DNA of 64,000 nucleotides from Acidimicrobiales bacterium (GTDB lineage Bacteria; Actinomycetota; Acidimicrobiia; Acidimicrobiales; Aldehydirespiratoraceae): NCBI GenBank assembly GCA_965116865.1, contig OZ220727.1, positions 1,604,798 to 1,668,797 of the forward strand, read 5' to 3'. Shown piece by piece: positions 61,003 to 64,000 of this stretch (position 1 is its first letter; each line of letters starts with the position of its first letter). The notes under the pieces were generated by a model. It saw only the letters and a program-made list of their open reading frames with translations, ran no database searches and was not told where the DNA came from. The position numbers and the translations under genes were made by a program.

Positions 61003-62020
61003 CTGAGATCTCCTTCACTGACGCTTTGCCTGCCGATATCCACGGCATCATAGCCCTCAGCTCCTTGCCCACGACCTCGACCGGGTGATCGTGGCCGGCT
61101 GCCTCCAGGCGCAGGAACTCAGCTCGGCCCCCCCGGCTCTCGGCCACCCACTCCTCGGCGAAGGACCCGTCCCGGACCTCGGCCAGGATGCGCCGCATCT
61201 CGGCCCGCACCGCGTCGTTCACGATGCGGGGCCCCCGGGTCAGATCGCCGTACTCGGCGGTGTCTGACACCGAGTAGCGCATGCCGGCGATGCCCTCCTC
61301 GTACATGAGGTCCACGATCAGCTTCAGTTCGTGCAGGCACTCGAAATAGGCGATCTCGGGCTGGTAGCCGGCGTCCACGAGAGTCTCGAAGCCGGCCTGC
61401 ACCAGTGCGGTGGCGCCTCCGCACAGCACGGCCTGCTCGCCGAACAGGTCGGTCTCGGTCTCCTCGGTGAAAGTGGTCTCGATCAACCCGGCACGGGCGC
61501 CGCCGATAGCGTCCGCGTAGGCGAGGGCCAACGGAAGCGCCGAGCCCGACGCGTCCTGCTCGACGGCCACCAGGCACGGCACCCCGCCGCCCTCGACGTA
61601 GGTGCGCCTCACCAGATGTCCGGGACCTTTGGGCGCCACCATGCACACGTCCACCGAATCGGGCGGCGAGATCAGCCCGAAACGGATGTTGAAGCCGTGA
61701 GCGAAGAACAGCGCCTCACCCGGCTGCAGGTTCGGTTCGACGTGCTCGGTGTAGATCATCCCCATCTCGGTGTCGGGCATGAGCATCATCGTCACGTCGG
61801 CTTCACCGACGGCCTCGGCGAGGGAGCGAACCTCCAGCCCCGCCTCCTGAGCCTTGGCGACCGACGAAGATCCCTCACGCAGACCGACCCGCACATCGAT
61901 GCCCGACTCTTTCAGGTTGAGCGCATGGGAATGGCCCTGCGAGCCGTAGCCCAGCACGGCCACCTTCCGGCCTGCGACGGCCGACCGGTCGACGTCGGAT
62001 TCGTAGTAGATGTTGGCCAC
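60989..62020 (-). CDS. ilvC: ketol-acid reductoisomerase
   Basis: MANIYYESD...[22 protein letters not shown] (NADP site), and [28 protein letters not shown]. Confidence 0.95.
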
Positions 62021-62079
62021 GGGAACCTCTCCTGTCGCGTTTGCGAGTGTGAGCGTAGACGGAGCCTGCTGCAGTCGGG

Positions 62080-62598
62080 TCAGGAGTCGAGCGAGTGCAG
62101 GGCCACACGGCCGGTGCGCTGCAGCTGCACGATCCCGAAGACTCTCAGACGCTCCTCGAACTCGTCGAGCCGGTCCGAGCGGGCCGCCAGCGACAGCATC
62201 ACCTGCGACTGGTTCGCGTCCAGCACGTAGGCCCGGAAGTCGTCGACCAGGTCCAAGAGCTCGCGGCGGCGCCCGGCCGTGTCCACCGTCACCAGCATCA
62301 GCTCGCGCTCCACCGACTCGTTCGGACTCAACTCGTTGATCTCCACCACGTTGATGAGCTTGTCGAGCTGCTTCACCACCTGCTCGAGCGGCGAGGAGGC
62401 CACATCCACCGTGAACGTGATCCGGCTGAAGCGCTCGTCGGCGGTGGGGGCCACGGCCAGCGACTCGATGTTGAAGCCGCGGCGGGCGAACAGCCCAGAC
62501 ACCCGGGCCAGCACGCCCGGCTTGTTCTCCACCGTGGTGACGATGGTGTGGAACCGGTTCGCGGGGTCGGCATGCGGGGCCGAACCGGCGGCGGTCAT
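62080..62598 (-). CDS. ilvN: acetolactate synthase small (regulatory) subunit
   Basis: ACT domain [33 protein letters not shown]. Positioned between ilvB and ilvC. Confidence 0.9.
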   Translation of the reverse strand: MTAAGSAPHADPANRFHTIVTTVENKPGVLARVSGLFARRGFNIESLAVAPTADERFSRITFTVDVASSPLEQVVKQLDKLINVVEINELSPNESVERELMLVTVDTAGRRRELLDLVDDFRAYVLDANQSQVMLSLAARSDRLDEFEERLRVFGIVQLQRTGRVALHSLDS

Positions 62599-62629
62599 CG
62601 CTGCGACGTCCTGTGTGCGACCGGGTAGG

Positions 62630-64000
62630 TCATCGCTGCGACGGGTCGACGACGATGTCGGAGTTGGACTGGCCCGCCGGGACCATCGGATAGACGTTCT
62701 CCTCCGGGACGCTGCGGAACTCCAGCACGACGGGACGGTCGTCGACCTCGTTGGCCTTGGCGATGGCCGGAGCGACCTCCTCCGGGGCCTCCACCCTCAG
62801 GGCCACGCAGCCCATCGCCTCGGCCCACTTCACGTAGTCGGGGATGTCGTAGGACAGGAACACCTCGCTGTAGCGCTCCTCGTAGAACATCTCCTGCCAC
62901 TGGCGGACCATCCCCAGGTACGCGTTGTTGAACAGGGCGACCTTGACGGGGATGCGCTCCACCGACGCGGTGACCAGCTCCTGGGCGGTCATCTGGAAGC
63001 AGCCGTCGCCGTCGACGGCCCACACCATCCTGTCGGGCATCCCGACCTTGGCCCCGATGGCGGCCGGCACCGAGAAGCCCATGGTTCCCAACCCGCCTGA
63101 GTTGATCCAGGTGTAGGGATGGTCGAAGCGCCAGTACTGGCTGGCCCACATCTGGTGCTGGCCAACGCCCGAGGTGACGATGGTGTCGTCGGGGGTCGAG
63201 TCGCGCAGCACCTCCAGCACATACTGGGGCTTGAGCAGCTCGCCCGGCTCGGACTGCTCGTAGACGAGCGGGTAGCGCTCCTGCCAGCCGCTGATCTGCG
63301 AGCGCCAAGCCCGACGGTCGGGCTGGGCGGCGGGGCCGCCGCAGGCCTCCAGAGCCTCGACCAATCCCGCGATCACGAGCTTGCAGTCGCCCTGGACGGC
63401 CACGTCGGGGGTCCGGACCTTGCCGAGTTCGGCTGCGTCGATGTCGACGTGGATCACCTTGGCGTCGGGCGCGAAGCCGTCGAGGCGCCCAGTGACCCGG
63501 TCGTCGAAGCGGGCGCCCAGCGCGACAAGCAGATCGGAGCGCTGCATGGCGGTGACCGCGGTGTAGTTGCCGTGCATTCCGGGCATGCCCAGACACAGCT
63601 CGTGGCTGTCGGGGAAGCACCCGCGGGCCATGAGCGTGGTGACCACCGGAACGTCGATCAGCTCGGCCAGGGCCAGCAACTCGGCCGCGGCCCGGGCCTT
63701 GAGGATCCCGCCGCCGGCGTAGAGCACGGGCCGCTCGGCCGCGCAGATCATCTCGGCCGCGGCCCGTATGAGCTCCGGGTCGCCTGCGGTGGCGGGACGG
63801 TACCCGGGCAGTTCCATGACGTCGTCGGTGGGCTCGTACCAGGTCATGGCCGAGCGCGGGTTGCGGGGGTCGACGATGTCTTTGGGGATGTCCACCAGAA
63901 CCGGGCCCGGCCGCCCGGTAGTGGCGATGTGGAACGCCTCGTGGACGGTGCGGGGGATGTCCTGGGCCTCGGTGACCAAGAAGTTGTGCTTGGTGACCGC
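62630..64000 (-). CDS. ilvB: acetolactate synthase large subunit, C-terminal approximately 455 aa; gene continues past the window end
   Basis: TGRPGPVLVDIPKD and the TPP-binding motif GLGTMGFSVPAAIGAK...DGDGCFQM...NN. The frame stays open to base 64000. Confidence 0.9.
   Translation of the reverse strand, partial: AVTKHNFLVTEAQDIPRTVHEAFHIATTGRPGPVLVDIPKDIVDPRNPRSAMTWYEPTDDVMELPGYRPATAGDPELIRAAAEMICAAERPVLYAGGGILKARAAAELLALAELIDVPVVTTLMARGCFPDSHELCLGMPGMHGNYTAVTAMQRSDLLVALGARFDDRVTGRLDGFAPDAKVIHVDIDAAELGKVRTPDVAVQGDCKLVIAGLVEALEACGGPAAQPDRRAWRSQISGWQERYPLVYEQSEPGELLKPQYVLEVLRDSTPDDTIVTSGVGQHQMWASQYWRFDHPYTWINSGGLGTMGFSVPAAIGAKVGMPDRMVWAVDGDGCFQMTAQELVTASVERIPVKVALFNNAYLGMVRQWQEMFYEERYSEVFLSYDIPDYVKWAEAMGCVALRVEAPEEVAPAIAKANEVDDRPVVLEFRSVPEENVYPMVPAGQSNSDIVVDPSQR

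Overview
The window is high-GC (about 70%) and looks like an Actinomycetota chromosome, judging by gene content and order.

Housekeeping blocks:
- A lipoate / 2-oxoacid dehydrogenase neighbourhood: pepA fragment, M24 peptidase, lipB-lipA, E2, lpd, aceE.
- rnhA and an HhH-GPD repair gene.
- pstSCAB-phoU.
- An acyl-CoA dehydrogenase.
- A suf system split into two loci: sufC-sufS-sufU on the + strand, and sufB (with intein)-orf-sufD-Rieske-sufC on the - strand.
- A UvrD-like helicase with an HRDC tail, and pterin dehydratase.
- A gamma-carbonic-anhydrase-like protein, flavin reductase, dps, and ilvB(partial)-ilvN-ilvC.

Accessory content:
- A Phd/VapC toxin-antitoxin pair.
- Decayed IS607, IS1380 and IS630 fragments.
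- A tandemly duplicated two-gene module at 35.2-50.3 kb. Each copy pairs a lipoprotein whose C-terminus resembles a subtilase propeptide with a roughly 2000-aa surface protease. The protease carries FN3, PPC, kexin-like S8 plus P-domain, cadherin-like and SLH-like repeats. One copy is frameshifted.

Signals not explained by ordinary annotation:
1. At least 16 loci carry tandem duplications of unrelated local sequence that share a 72-73 bp period. Several duplicate overlapping stop/start gene junctions while leaving both ORFs intact.
2. A roughly 130-bp dispersed REP/MITE-like element has about 10 copies. One copy bridges lipB and lipA in frame.
3. A thioredoxin-fold lipoprotein has an in-frame TGA exactly where the first Cys of the CxxC motif belongs, followed directly by a hairpin. 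It is either a selenocysteine candidate or a nonsense mutation.

All functional calls rest on motif and architecture recognition by eye. No database search was run. Many long ORFs in the track are antisense or out-of-frame artefacts of the high GC content and are not reported as genes.
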